From Candidatus Saccharimonadota bacterium (GTDB lineage Bacteria > Patescibacteriota > Saccharimonadia > Saccharimonadales > JAXHNE01), in the NCBI GenBank assembly GCA_034520885.1, contig JAXHNE010000009.1, positions 66,431 through 130,430 of the forward strand: DNA of 64,000 nucleotides. Direction: 5' to 3'. How positions within the stretch are numbered: the stretch's first letter is position 1; the number at the start of each line of letters is the position of its first letter. The notes beneath the pieces are model-generated. The model was not told the origin of the DNA. It made no database searches and was given only the letters and a program-made list of their open reading frames with translations. Shown piece by piece: positions 25,247 to 35,578 of the stretch. The position numbers and the translations under genes were made by a program.

Positions 25247-25330
25247 ATGCCGCTTAAATTAGCGTTTGAATTCGTGCCAACGAAAAATCAAGACATGCGC
25301 AAAATCGATAAAATGATCAGTCGATTGTAA
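25247..25330 (+). CDS. 27-aa small ORF (MPLKLAFEFVPTKNQDMRKIDKMISRL), hypothetical
   Basis: SD gaaaggga; sits between the promoter and a terminator. Confidence 0.3.
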   Translation: MPLKLAFEFVPTKNQDMRKIDKMISRL

Positions 25331-25354
25331 AAGTAAAAGACAAAAAGTCTTAAT

Positions 25355-25382
25355 AAAAAACCCGGGGACGCCCGGGTTTTTT
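25355..25382. terminator. bidirectional intrinsic terminator
   Basis: aaaaaa-cccggg-gacg-cccggg-tttttt. Confidence 0.8.
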
Positions 25383-25420
25383 AGATTTCATTACTTACCA
25401 AATAAACAATGAAGATGTTT

Positions 25421-27415
25421 TTATTCGCCTTCAGTGGAGCCGAACGGTTTATGGGTGGCATCAATGGCAATACGGGCAATGCCACGCATTTTTAGTAATT
25501 CGGGGACAAGTTCTTGCCAGGAAGCATTAATTTCCGAGCGGTCACTTGGTAACACGGCGGCTCCTTGCAAGAATGCTGCCTTTGGTGAGGTAGTAAACGG
25601 TCTTACGAACGCACTTCGAGCTCCGGGACTGTCGAGCGCCGTAGGCAATAGGCCGATAGGGATTTGCGCGGTGACGTCCAGGGTTAGTGCTCCATGACGT
25701 TTAAAAATTTGATTGGCCTTATCATCTATCCGTTGTAGTTGCGAGACGGTTTCCGGGGTGACGCTGGTTTTCGTCATATTTTGCGGCGTCACTACTCCCT
25801 CGACCCGCACACCGGTCACGAACAGTACACGGTTAAATACGTCGCGGAAGTTCTTGCCCACTATTTGTGTGATATTTTCTATTTGCTCCCAGGCTTCATC
25901 ATTTGGCTCCTCATGGCTAGTGAGTAAAACCGGGTGCGCGTAAGATCGGCCATCGCCTTGTTGCCCGACGGTTCGGAAATCTGCCGTTGCTACGGCGAAA
26001 TCATCACTATCAATCAGTTCTTGAAGTCTCTCAAGTTGCATCTCGGCGTCCGGTGGCAAAACGGGTGTGCCGTCGTAACCGATTATTCGTGTGACGAGCC
26101 CCGGTCCCGGAAAAGGTTGGCGTTGATGTTCGGCTTCGGAAAATCCTCTTTTTTCGCCGATTTGGCGCATATCGGTTTTGAAAAGTTTGCGCGCCGGATT
26201 AAGAATTTTACCTTCGCGTTCCAGCTTAACGAAAAACGGACCCAGGTTGTGGTGCGTCTTGACGCGACCTTTACCGATACTTTCAATAACATCAGGATAA
26301 AGTGTGCCTTGAGCGATTAAGGTATTTTCGGGATCAAGCCCAAGTTTTTCGATGTGCGCTGAAAAGGCGTTTCCGTAAAGTTGCGAAAAAACTTTTCGTT
26401 TCATCTCGGCGTCCACTTGCTCCGCGAGCGTGTAGGTTCCGAGTGATTGGCCGTCTTCGTCGAAAAGTTCAACCGGTTCGTAGCATACTTTCTCCAGGGG
26501 TATTTTAATGTAATCGGGCTTCAGCCCGGTGCGCTCGGTAAATCGTTGAAGCAAAATGTCAGATTCTGTAATACCGTTCTCGGTACGGTTAATCCCCATA
26601 TCTATATGAATAATGTGAAGATTTTCCGCTGGTACGTCACTGGCTACGAGGACTTCGGCAATGGCGTTGGAGTCTATGCCGCCACTAAAGCCAAGGAGTA
26701 CATCTTTGCCGCGCGCCTGTTCATTAACTTCGGCTACCATTTTTTCAAATTGGTCAATTGCTTCGGGTCGTAGGTCGAGCTCATACACGTCGCCAAGTAG
26801 CTTCCTGACCAGTCCATATCCAACTACATCGCTTAGCTCAGGATGGAACTGTATGCCAATATTTTCCTGCGGGTCGCGGAACATTGCGACGTGTTGGTTA
26901 TCGCCATCGCCGGTAGTGGCTAGTATTTCAAAACCTTCCGGCAACCCATGGGGGCTAATGAAGTCACCGTTACTATGAATCATTTTAGCGCCCGAGAATT
27001 CTTCCAACCCGAGTTTTTCGCCTGCCTCTGTTACCGTGATCTCAACCGGCCCGTATCGTCCCTCGCCCGAAGTGTCCTTGGCGTTTACGATCGTTCCACC
27101 TTGTTGATAAACCATGTCTTGCGCCGCATAGCAAATACCGATCATTCTCGCGGGGTAATCAGAATCGAAAATTTTTGCGTCAAGATGCGGCGAACCTTCC
27201 TCGTAAACGCTATCAGAACCGCCAGTCGCAAACACAAAATCGTGTTCAGCTAAAACTGCCGCGGGCGTGTCATGTGCAAGCAGCGGAGCTTCAGCACCGA
27301 GTTCTTCGTTCATGCTAGCGATGGCTTGCTCGCTTTGAGAGCCAAATTGCAGTACCGGAGTGCATGGCCGCGCGAGTTGCGGTTCGCGTTCTCCCTGATC
27401 CCCGATTGTTTCCAT
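25421..27415 (-). CDS. guaA: GMP synthase (glutamine-hydrolysing), long form
   Basis: GATase GICYAAQ / QFHPE, PP-loop FSGGIDS, C-terminal GMP synthase domain. Confidence 0.85.
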   Translation of the reverse strand: METIGDQGEREPQLARPCTPVLQFGSQSEQAIASMNEELGAEAPLLAHDTPAAVLAEHDFVFATGGSDSVYEEGSPHLDAKIFDSDYPARMIGICYAAQDMVYQQGGTIVNAKDTSGEGRYGPVEITVTEAGEKLGLEEFSGAKMIHSNGDFISPHGLPEGFEILATTGDGDNQHVAMFRDPQENIGIQFHPELSDVVGYGLVRKLLGDVYELDLRPEAIDQFEKMVAEVNEQARGKDVLLGFSGGIDSNAIAEVLVASDVPAENLHIIHIDMGINRTENGITESDILLQRFTERTGLKPDYIKIPLEKVCYEPVELFDEDGQSLGTYTLAEQVDAEMKRKVFSQLYGNAFSAHIEKLGLDPENTLIAQGTLYPDVIESIGKGRVKTHHNLGPFFVKLEREGKILNPARKLFKTDMRQIGEKRGFSEAEHQRQPFPGPGLVTRIIGYDGTPVLPPDAEMQLERLQELIDSDDFAVATADFRTVGQQGDGRSYAHPVLLTSHEEPNDEAWEQIENITQIVGKNFRDVFNRVLFVTGVRVEGVVTPQNMTKTSVTPETVSQLQRIDDKANQIFKRHGALTLDVTAQIPIGLLPTALDSPGARSAFVRPFTTSPKAAFLQGAAVLPSDRSEINASWQELVPELLKMRGIARIAIDATHKPFGSTEGE

Positions 27416-27607
27416 GGGAAAATTATAGTCAAAATTTTATAGTTGAGCAAAAAATCGCATACGATGGCGTGAGACTTTATTAACCAGTAACAAGGTTAGA
27501 GATCGAACGAACGTAGGCTTATAAAACTATATTTGCAATGTACCCGAAACTGAAGAAAGGGTTTTTTGCGTACGTCTTTTATATGTGAGTCCTCATTTTG
27601 TATCTTT

Positions 27608-27684
27608 TGGTAGCGGTGACTGGATTTGAACCAGTGACCCCAGGCTTATGAGTCCTGTGCTCTAACCAACTGAGCTACACCGCC
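27608..27684 (-). tRNA. tRNA-Met (CAT), elongator-like
   Basis: GGCGGTGTAGCTCAGTTGGTTAGAGCAC...CTCATAA...GGTTCAAATCC...CACCGCTACCA; could alternatively be Ile2 (tilS is present). Confidence 0.85.
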
Positions 27685-27804
27685 ACGAAAAGGTACAAAA
27701 TTCTTGAAATGCCCCGTTCCGGCTGAGCTACCCTGCCATGCTGTTGTTACAGAGGTAAAATATAGCAGAAAACAGGTGGTATGTACAGGGGCGTCTTGAG
27801 TTTG

Positions 27805-27813
27805 TGCTATAAT
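27805..27813 (+). promoter_or_regulatory. extended -10 promoter TGcTATAAT
   Basis: read directly. Confidence 0.5.
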
Positions 27814-27856
27814 CGAGACTTAGGATGAAAATCAACAAAACAATAATGTAAGTAAA

Positions 27857-27880
27857 GCGGCCCGGCGGGGTCGCTTTTTT
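27857..27880 (+). terminator. intrinsic terminator-like hairpin + T6 inside the 5' leader of 27899 (attenuator candidate)
   Basis: gcggccc-ggc-ggggtcgc followed by tttttt, 18 nt before the ATG. Confidence 0.55.
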
Positions 27881-27898
27881 AGTAAAAAGGAGAGAGTT

Positions 27899-28540
27899 AT
27901 GAGTGTTATCGGTCAAGAAACCCGGAGCGGGATAGAAGCGGTACAAACTTTTGAAGCCGAAAAAATCGACCTGCTCACGTTCGGGAAAGACGAACAAAGC
28001 GCGGTCATGTGCGGACAATTCGTTTTAAACCACGAAGGCGATCTGTTCGATATCAGCGACCAAGAAAAACCCGATGCCGGGAAAACGATAACCTTGAAAC
28101 ACGATGTCAGCGACGAGGAGGTTATTTGGCAGACAGCAAGTGTCGGCAGGGGCGTTATGTTCGGGGATAGAAACTTTACGAGCACCATTACGGTGCTTGA
28201 TGCTCATGGCGCCGAAGGGTTCATCAAACATTTGGACAATGCCGGCGGAACTCCCGGCCGAATCAAATCGGATGCCTATTGGGCTCGCATGGAAAAAGAA
28301 GGAGTCCTCGAAAGCATCGACTTCATAGCCTCGCTGCTAAATTCCGAGGTGTTCGATCAACAAGTTGCCAGGAAGCGGAAAGCAATAAAAGGCTTCTGCG
28401 AAAAACGCCAAGAATTGGAAGCGGAGCTAAAGGACGCCGCTACTCCCAAAAAATTAAAAGACATGAAACGTATGAAGCAACAAGTTCCCAAGCTCGGCTT
28501 CCCGGACACGCAACTTTACCCGGCGTTTAGAAACAGCTAG
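27899..28540 (+). CDS. hypothetical protein
   Basis: 213-aa ORF; SD aaaggagag. Confidence 0.55.
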   Translation: MSVIGQETRSGIEAVQTFEAEKIDLLTFGKDEQSAVMCGQFVLNHEGDLFDISDQEKPDAGKTITLKHDVSDEEVIWQTASVGRGVMFGDRNFTSTITVLDAHGAEGFIKHLDNAGGTPGRIKSDAYWARMEKEGVLESIDFIASLLNSEVFDQQVARKRKAIKGFCEKRQELEAELKDAATPKKLKDMKRMKQQVPKLGFPDTQLYPAFRNS

Positions 28541-29058
28541 TTAGCGGCGTACCACAGTAAAATTTCACTGTTTTGGATCTTTTCCCGGTAACTAAAAGGT
28601 TTTTCTTTGATGAGTATGCTACGAAGCGCCCGTCCATAAGAACCGTGACCAACAATCAATACGGTTTCTCCGGGTAATGTTTCCAACCACTTCAACGAAA
28701 GATGGGCGCGCTCAATTAACGAATCCACGGTTTCGATATCCGAAAATCCGTCCAGGTTTAAGTCCGGAGCGTATGGATGGCCTTCCGCTTCGCCGAAATC
28801 GCGTTCCAGTAGCAGTTTGCTTACATGGATTTGATTGATCGGGTAGCCGATCTCTTTGGCGATTATTTCCGCGGTTTCTTTGGCCCGTGAAAGCGGGGAA
28901 GTGGCAATCGTGTCAATACCGAGCTCTTTGGCTTGTCGTCCCGCTTTAACCGCTTGGTCGCGCCCTTCTTCAATAAGCGGCGTATCGGTGGTTCCGGCGA
29001 TATGACCGGACTTGTTCATCCGGCTCAAGCCGTGCCGACAAAAGTAAATTTTTTTCAT
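28537..29058 (-). CDS. histidine phosphatase (phosphoglycerate mutase-like) family protein
   Basis: RHG catalytic motif (CRHGLSRMN), later GHG. Confidence 0.85.
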   Translation of the reverse strand: MKKIYFCRHGLSRMNKSGHIAGTTDTPLIEEGRDQAVKAGRQAKELGIDTIATSPLSRAKETAEIIAKEIGYPINQIHVSKLLLERDFGEAEGHPYAPDLNLDGFSDIETVDSLIERAHLSLKWLETLPGETVLIVGHGSYGRALRSILIKEKPFSYREKIQNSEILLWYAAN

Positions 29059-29079
29059 GATACGTTACTATTATACGGG

Positions 29080-29973
29080 ATGAAAATTAACGTTGAGCCC
29101 GGGAAATACATCGTTGCCGTGTCCGGCGGCGTGGATTCGGTGGTGTTGCTAGATTTGTTGCTTACCACCTACCACCTACCATCTTCTGACTTCCAGTTCA
29201 TTGTGGCGCATTTTGATCACGGTATTCGGCAAAATTCGGCGGAAGATCGCGAATTCGCACAAAAACTGGCCGAAAAGTACGGGTTGAAGTTCGTGTATGA
29301 TCGCGCCGACCTCGGCAAAAACGCCAGCGAAGAACGAGCTCGGAAAGGCCGGTATAAGTTTTTGCGATCCGTAAAAAAAGAACATGACGCCACGGCGATC
29401 ATTACCGCCCACCACCAGGATGACGTTATTGAAACCATGATGATCAATTTACTGCGGGGCACCGACCGCAAAGGCCTGAGTTCACTAAAAAGCACCGAGC
29501 ACATTTACCGCCCGTTGCTCGCATACCCAAAAGCCGACATTAAAACGTACGCTCACGCCCGGGGGCTTACGTGGCGGGAGGACGAAACTAACCGGGACAC
29601 GACGATACTACGCAATAGATTGCGAAACATCATCCAAGAAAACATGACAAGTGAAGATCGGCAAAAATGGATTGGGATTTATCAAAAAATGCTGGCACAA
29701 AACCACGAAATCGATCAAGAAGTTAAGAACGTATCGCAAAATCCCGAACACATTGTAAGGAGTTGGTTCATCGGATTGCCACACCGGGTCGCACGCGAGG
29801 TGCTCGCGGCTTTTCTGCGCGAACATTCAATTTCGCCGTCCCGGCAAAAAATTGAGCGGGCGGTTATTTTTTGTAAAGTCGGAAAGCCGCATACGCGGCA
29901 CCACCTGGATAAAACACATTCGCTTATCGCCAAGCAAAAGACCGTTGTCCTGCGGACCGAGCGCGAAAAATAA
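29080..29973 (+). CDS. tilS: tRNA(Ile)-lysidine synthase
   Basis: PP-loop VAVSGGVDS, HFDHGIR, TAHHQDD motifs; start moved to ATG 29080. Confidence 0.8.
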   Translation: MKINVEPGKYIVAVSGGVDSVVLLDLLLTTYHLPSSDFQFIVAHFDHGIRQNSAEDREFAQKLAEKYGLKFVYDRADLGKNASEERARKGRYKFLRSVKKEHDATAIITAHHQDDVIETMMINLLRGTDRKGLSSLKSTEHIYRPLLAYPKADIKTYAHARGLTWREDETNRDTTILRNRLRNIIQENMTSEDRQKWIGIYQKMLAQNHEIDQEVKNVSQNPEHIVRSWFIGLPHRVAREVLAAFLREHSISPSRQKIERAVIFCKVGKPHTRHHLDKTHSLIAKQKTVVLRTEREK

Positions 29974-30054
29974 AGGACGCTCGCCGGCGCCCATTAGCTA
30001 TTCGTGGATTTCCCGACTGGTAAAAGTGGCACTTGATCAGTATAATTGTGCTTC

Positions 30055-31929
30055 ATGGATAAAAAGTCATTTCAGAAGAATCCGGGCGGACCGGATAATA
30101 AACGAAAAAACACCAAGAACGTTATTTTCATAGCGCTACTCGTTCTGTTCGGTTTAATTATTTTTGCCGCGCAAGGGCAACCCAAGGATCTGGAAGAAGT
30201 GCCCCTTTCCCAAGTCGTTGATCGGGCCAATGAAGGCGAGATCAGCCGGCTTGCGATTACCGGCGACAAAGTAGAAATAACCCCCGAAGGCCAAGAAGAG
30301 CCAACGCAAGTAAGTTATAAAGAATCCGGTTCGAGTATTTACGACCAAGGATTGGAAAAAAACGTGGAAGGATTGGTGGTCGCTCCGCAAGAGGACACTT
30401 CCGGTAACTCCACGTGGGTAGATATCGGTATTAGCCTGTTGCCGGTTCTGGTTATAGGATTCATTTTGTTCTTCATGCTGCGCAGCGCCCAAGGTCAGGG
30501 TAACCAGGCTTTGAGTTTCGGCAAAAGCAAAGCCCGGCTTTACGGAAATGAAAAGCAAAAAGTCTACTTTAAGGACATTGCCGGAAACCAAGAATCCAAG
30601 CAGGATCTTAAAGAGGTCGTCGACTTTCTAAAACATCCGAAGAAGTTCGAAGCCGTCGGAGCGAAAATCCCCAAAGGCGTTATGTTGGTCGGCGCGCCGG
30701 GAACCGGTAAAACCATGTTGGCCCGCGCGGTAGCCGGGGAAGCCAACGTACCGTTCTTTAGCATATCCGGTTCGGAGTTCGTGGAGATGTTCGTTGGCGT
30801 GGGTGCCTCGAGAGTTCGCGATTTATTCGCAAAAGCCAAAAAGAATGCCCCATGCATTATTTTCATTGACGAAATTGACGCCGTCGGACGTCGCCGGGGA
30901 TCCGGTATGGGCGGTGGCCACGATGAGCGCGAACAAACGCTTAACCAAATTTTGGTAGAAATGGACGGCTTTGAACAAGGCACGAACGTAATCGTTTTGG
31001 CGGCGACCAACCGCTCCGACGTGCTCGACCCCGCGCTTTTGCGACCGGGTCGTTTTGACCGCCGCGTAAGTATCAACTTGCCGGATCGAAAAGCCCGCGA
31101 GGAAATTTTGCGGCTTCACTTCGACGAAAAACCAATGGACAGTAAAGTTAATATTGACGCTTTGGCGGCCAAGACCGCCGGATCTTCCGGTGCCGATTTG
31201 GCCAATATCGCTAACGAGGCCGCGATCGTGGCCGCCCGGCACAACAAGAAAACGATCAATGACGATCACGTGACCGAAGCTTTCGAACGCGTGGCTATCG
31301 GTCCGGAGCGTAAAAGCAAGATCATGAGCGACAAAGAAAAAGAGTTGACCGCCTATCACGAAGCCGGGCACGCGATCGTCGGGCACGTGCTCCCCGATAG
31401 CGACCCGATTCACAAAGTAACCATTATCCCGCGCGGTGGTACCGGAGGTGTTACATGGTCTATCCCACAGGAAGATAAAAACTACCACAGTATCATTGAA
31501 TACAAAGACGTATTGGCCCGGGCGCTGGGCGGACGCATTGCCGAGGAAATTAAATACGGCAAAGACCGGGTAACCACCGGCGCGGGGAACGACCTACAAA
31601 TGGCGGCGGATCTGGCCCGGGATATGATCATTAACCAGGGTATGGGAACGAAATTGCGCGATCAGGTGTTCCACATTGAAAAGGGCATGATGCTGGAGCG
31701 CATGGTGCAGGAAAAGCAGTACTCCGACGAAACCGCCAAGATCATTGACGACGAAGTCGAAGATCTTATCACCGAAGCCGCCAAAAGGGCACGCAGCGTA
31801 CTCAAGGCCAACATGAACAAGCTGGAAACTCTTAAAAATCGTTTGCTGGCCAAAGAAACGCTGCAAGAAAAAGAGGTCATCGAAATTCTGGAAGGTTCCA
31901 CGATGCCCAAAGACGCCGCGCTCTACTAA
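30055..31929 (+). CDS. ftsH: ATP-dependent zinc metalloprotease FtsH
   Basis: GAPGTGKT Walker [22 protein letters not shown] zinc site; TATAAT ends 8 nt before ATG 30055. Confidence 0.97.
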   Translation: MDKKSFQKNPGGPDNKRKNTKNVIFIALLVLFGLIIFAAQGQPKDLEEVPLSQVVDRANEGEISRLAITGDKVEITPEGQEEPTQVSYKESGSSIYDQGLEKNVEGLVVAPQEDTSGNSTWVDIGISLLPVLVIGFILFFMLRSAQGQGNQALSFGKSKARLYGNEKQKVYFKDIAGNQESKQDLKEVVDFLKHPKKFEAVGAKIPKGVMLVGAPGTGKTMLARAVAGEANVPFFSISGSEFVEMFVGVGASRVRDLFAKAKKNAPCIIFIDEIDAVGRRRGSGMGGGHDEREQTLNQILVEMDGFEQGTNVIVLAATNRSDVLDPALLRPGRFDRRVSINLPDRKAREEILRLHFDEKPMDSKVNIDALAAKTAGSSGADLANIANEAAIVAARHNKKTINDDHVTEAFERVAIGPERKSKIMSDKEKELTAYHEAGHAIVGHVLPDSDPIHKVTIIPRGGTGGVTWSIPQEDKNYHSIIEYKDVLARALGGRIAEEIKYGKDRVTTGAGNDLQMAADLARDMIINQGMGTKLRDQVFHIEKGMMLERMVQEKQYSDETAKIIDDEVEDLITEAAKRARSVLKANMNKLETLKNRLLAKETLQEKEVIEILEGSTMPKDAALY

Positions 31930-32072
31930 AAAATTTGAATTTTGGCTCGCACCAGGGCGCACTTCGCTTTATACTGGACGTAAATGTTGAGCATAACCGT
32001 AAAACTACCCCGTTTTGAAATAACTTTTCTCACGAGCCGGTCGTGGACGTTGGCGTTTAGGAGTCGTGGCGT

Positions 32073-33665
32073 ATGAAAAATCGTTTCATGCGGCGCACCA
32101 GAAAAAAAGTTTCGCTCGGCAGTGCCGCGACGCTGCTTATCGTTATGGCGCTGTCCGGCCAAATACTAGGCTTTTTACGAAATCGCTTAATTAGCACCAA
32201 CTTTACCGTGGTTGACCCGGGAAGCTCGGACGCGTTATTCGCGGCTTTCGTTATTCCCGACTTTTTCTTTTACACCATTGCCGCCGGCGCGCTCGGCGTG
32301 GCTTTTATTCCGTTTTTGTCCGACAAAATCGAGTCTTCGGACAAAAAAGGAGCCTGGGATCTCGCCTCCAGCTTGTTGAATTTACTGACCATCGTCATGG
32401 GCTTCGTGGCGGTGATTATTTTGATATTCGCCGAACCGCTCATGGGATTGATCGCGCCGAACCTTCCGCCCGACCACTTCCAAGAAGCCGTTATGATTAT
32501 GCGCCTGCTGTCGCTCAACCCTTTGCTTTTCACGGTTTCCGGTTTATTAACCGCCGTGCAGCAAACCTTCGGCAGGTTTTTCTTTTACGCCATCGCGCCG
32601 CTTACGTACAACGCGGTGATCATCATGAGTATTTATCTGTTCCGGGACACTATCGGCATCGTGGGCCTTGGCGTCGGCGCGCTGATCGGCGGATTATTGC
32701 AGCTGAGTATTTCGCTTATCGGGTTGTACGGGCTCGGATTCCGCTACAAGCCGGTTATTCTGTGGCGTAAAAAGCAGTTCCGTGAGGTGTTGAAAAATCT
32801 TCCGCCCCGTTCGTTGGACCAAGGCATTGACCAAGTAAATAACGTCGTGGAAATCAACCGGGCGCAAACGCTGGGAATCGGAGCGGTGAGTTCTTACAGT
32901 TTCGCGCTAACACTTATGCACGTACCGATTATTTTACTGGGGAACTCCATTGCCATCGCGGCGTTTCCCCGCTTTACCGAACGCTTATCGCAGAACCGGC
33001 CGGATTTGTTCAGAAAGGATTTTCTGGAAGTATTGCGCACGATTATTTGGGTGACCATGCCGGTGATCGTGGTGTGTTACTTTGCGCGCGCCTATCTGGC
33101 GCGTTTGATTTTCGGTGACGTTGCTCCCCAAGTGGCCTTGATTTTCGGGTTCCTGGTAGTGGCCATTTTCTTCAGGATTATTTATGCCATGATTTCGCGC
33201 TACTTTTACGCCTATAAAGACACCAAAACCCCGTTGTTCGTTTCCATATTCGCCATTGGGTTCAACATTTTCCTGGCGTTTACGCTTTCCCGTCCGGAAG
33301 CCTACGGTATTGCCGGTTTGGCGATCGCCCAATCAATCGTGGCCACCAGCGAAGTAGTGATACTATCCGGCATTATGTTGTATCGGGATCGTAAAATGTT
33401 CCAGCCCTCATTCGTGGCCAGCGTATTTAAAATTATATCGGTGACCGGATTTACGCTCGTCGCGACTTTTATCATGCTTTCGATTTTGCCTTTGAACGCG
33501 AGCGATAGGGGCTTTGTAACCCTGGGCGGCAAACTGGCCTTAATAAGCTCCGTCACCATGCTGACCCACTTAGTGGTTTCGCGGATTTTCGATTTGAGTG
33601 AAGCCCACCTTGTTATTAACAAGGCATACAATATTATCATGAAGCCGATCCGGGTGGACGTCTAA
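32073..33665 (+). CDS. murJ: lipid II flippase MurJ/MviN family
   Basis: 530-aa 14-TM MOP-superfamily pattern; SD aggag. Confidence 0.75.
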   Translation: MKNRFMRRTRKKVSLGSAATLLIVMALSGQILGFLRNRLISTNFTVVDPGSSDALFAAFVIPDFFFYTIAAGALGVAFIPFLSDKIESSDKKGAWDLASSLLNLLTIVMGFVAVIILIFAEPLMGLIAPNLPPDHFQEAVMIMRLLSLNPLLFTVSGLLTAVQQTFGRFFFYAIAPLTYNAVIIMSIYLFRDTIGIVGLGVGALIGGLLQLSISLIGLYGLGFRYKPVILWRKKQFREVLKNLPPRSLDQGIDQVNNVVEINRAQTLGIGAVSSYSFALTLMHVPIILLGNSIAIAAFPRFTERLSQNRPDLFRKDFLEVLRTIIWVTMPVIVVCYFARAYLARLIFGDVAPQVALIFGFLVVAIFFRIIYAMISRYFYAYKDTKTPLFVSIFAIGFNIFLAFTLSRPEAYGIAGLAIAQSIVATSEVVILSGIMLYRDRKMFQPSFVASVFKIISVTGFTLVATFIMLSILPLNASDRGFVTLGGKLALISSVTMLTHLVVSRIFDLSEAHLVINKAYNIIMKPIRVDV

Positions 33666-33703
33666 CTGGTAACTTGCTAACAGAGGTGCTACACTGGTAG
33701 CTC

Positions 33704-35578
33704 ATGAAAAGAATGACCGATCAATCAATGATTCGTAATTTTTGTATTATCGCGCACATCGATCACGGTAAATCCACGCTGGCCGACCGTCTTTTGGAAC
33801 TTACCCAAACCGTGGAAAAACGGGCCATGAAAGAACAGCTGCTGGACAAAATGGACTTGGAGCGCGAAAAGGGAATTACTATCAAGTTGGCACCAGTGAG
33901 AATGGTGTATAATCCGAAGCACGAAATCCGAAGCACGAAAATTGAAACAAATACGAAACCAGAAACGTCTAAACGTTCAGAATTTGATCAAGCTGATTTT
34001 GAGCTGAATTTGATTGACACCCCGGGACACGTGGATTTCAGTTACGAAGTTTCCCGTAGCCTACAGGCCTGCGAAGGCGCCATTTTGGTAATTGATGCCT
34101 CGCAAGGCGTTCAGGCCCAAACCTTGGCCAACGTTTATTTGGCAATGGAAGCCGATCTTAAAATCATCCCCGTACTTAACAAAATTGATCTTCCGGCCGC
34201 GGACGTGGATCGCGTCGGGGCGGAAGTAGTCAGCTTGCTAGGATGCGAGCCCTCGGAAATCATGCATATTTCCGCCAAAAACGGGCAAGGAATCCAGCGG
34301 GTGCTTGATCGTATCGTGAGCGACGTGCCGCCGCCCAAAAGCGATCATCCGTCCGAAACGCGGGCACTTATTTTTGACAGCTATTACGATGATTACCGCG
34401 GCGTGGTGCTATATGTCCGCATCGTGGACGGGAGAATTCGCAAAAATGACGAAGTTTTAATGAAAGCGACCGGGGCCGATGGAATTGCCCTGGAGGTCGG
34501 ATCTTTGAGTCCGGACATGAAGCCGGCCAACGCGCTGGAAAGCGGGGAGATCGGCTATATCGTGACTAATTTACGCAGTACGCGCGAAGCCAAAGTGGGA
34601 GACACCATAACGCTTAAAAAACACCCCGCGACACATGCGTTACCCGGGTACAAAGACGTGAAACCGTTCGTCTACGCCGGGATTTTTCCCGATACCAACG
34701 ATAACTACCAGGCACTCAAAGACGCCATTGAAAAACTGAGCATGAGTGATTCGGCGCTGCAGTTTTCCCCGGAAAACTCCCCGGTGCTCGGCTTTGGCGT
34801 GCGCGTGGGATTTTTGGGACTTTTGCATATGGATATCGTGCGGGAGCGCCTGGAGCGCGAGTACGGGCTGGAAGTAGTGGTCACTAACCCGTCAACCGAC
34901 TATGAAATCACTACGGTAAATGGCGACGAAACCACGATTCGCAGTGCGACCGAACTTCCCGATCCGGCTACCATTGCCGAAATTCGCGAGCCGTGGATTA
35001 AGGGTGAAATTGTCGTACCAAAAGAGTACGTCGGGGCGGTCATCCAACTGATTACCAGTAAGCGTGGCGTGCAAAATAACGTCAGTTTCGTGGACGCGGA
35101 ACTCGCGTTGGTTAGTTTTGACGCGCCGCTGGCTAACCTGCTCACTGATTTTTATGACCAGCTAAAAAGTGTCACCAGCGGATTCGGCTCTTTCAATTAC
35201 GAACTCGGCAAATACCACGCGGAGGATTTGGTACGGGTGGATTTTTACGTGGCCGGAAAAATGGTCGACGCGCTGAGCGTGATGGTGCACTGTAGCGAAT
35301 CGCAAAGCTTGGGGCGTGAAACGGTTAAAAAACTCAAAGACATCATTCCCCGCCAAAACTTTCAGGTACCGCTGCAGGCGGCAATCGGCGGCAAATTCAT
35401 TGCCCGGGAAAACCTGAGTGCCTTTCGTAAGGATGTGACTAGCGGATTATACGGCGGTGACGTATCACGAAAGAAAAAAGTATTAGCCAAACAAAAGAAA
35501 GGAAAATCACGCCTGAAACGGTTCGGTAAAGTGGACATTCCCACCGAAGCGTTTACCGTCTTGATTAAGCGAGATTAG
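33704..35578 (+). CDS. lepA: elongation factor 4 (LepA)
   Basis: IRNFCIIAHIDHGKST, DTPGHVDF, NKID, LepA C-terminal domain; carries a ~22-aa G-domain insertion. Confidence 0.95.
   Translation: MKRMTDQSMIRNFCIIAHIDHGKSTLADRLLELTQTVEKRAMKEQLLDKMDLEREKGITIKLAPVRMVYNPKHEIRSTKIETNTKPETSKRSEFDQADFELNLIDTPGHVDFSYEVSRSLQACEGAILVIDASQGVQAQTLANVYLAMEADLKIIPVLNKIDLPAADVDRVGAEVVSLLGCEPSEIMHISAKNGQGIQRVLDRIVSDVPPPKSDHPSETRALIFDSYYDDYRGVVLYVRIVDGRIRKNDEVLMKATGADGIALEVGSLSPDMKPANALESGEIGYIVTNLRSTREAKVGDTITLKKHPATHALPGYKDVKPFVYAGIFPDTNDNYQALKDAIEKLSMSDSALQFSPENSPVLGFGVRVGFLGLLHMDIVRERLEREYGLEVVVTNPSTDYEITTVNGDETTIRSATELPDPATIAEIREPWIKGEIVVPKEYVGAVIQLITSKRGVQNNVSFVDAELALVSFDAPLANLLTDFYDQLKSVTSGFGSFNYELGKYHAEDLVRVDFYVAGKMVDALSVMVHCSESQSLGRETVKKLKDIIPRQNFQVPLQAAIGGKFIARENLSAFRKDVTSGLYGGDVSRKKKVLAKQKKGKSRLKRFGKVDIPTEAFTVLIKRD

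Noticed and set aside
27719-27737. Second tRNA gene next to tRNA-Met (GGCAGGGTAGCTCAGCCGG on the minus strand)
   Set aside because: Only the acceptor/D-arm half is tRNA-like. No anticodon or T arm can be formed before the neighbouring tRNA begins, so it is probably a tRNA 5' remnant.
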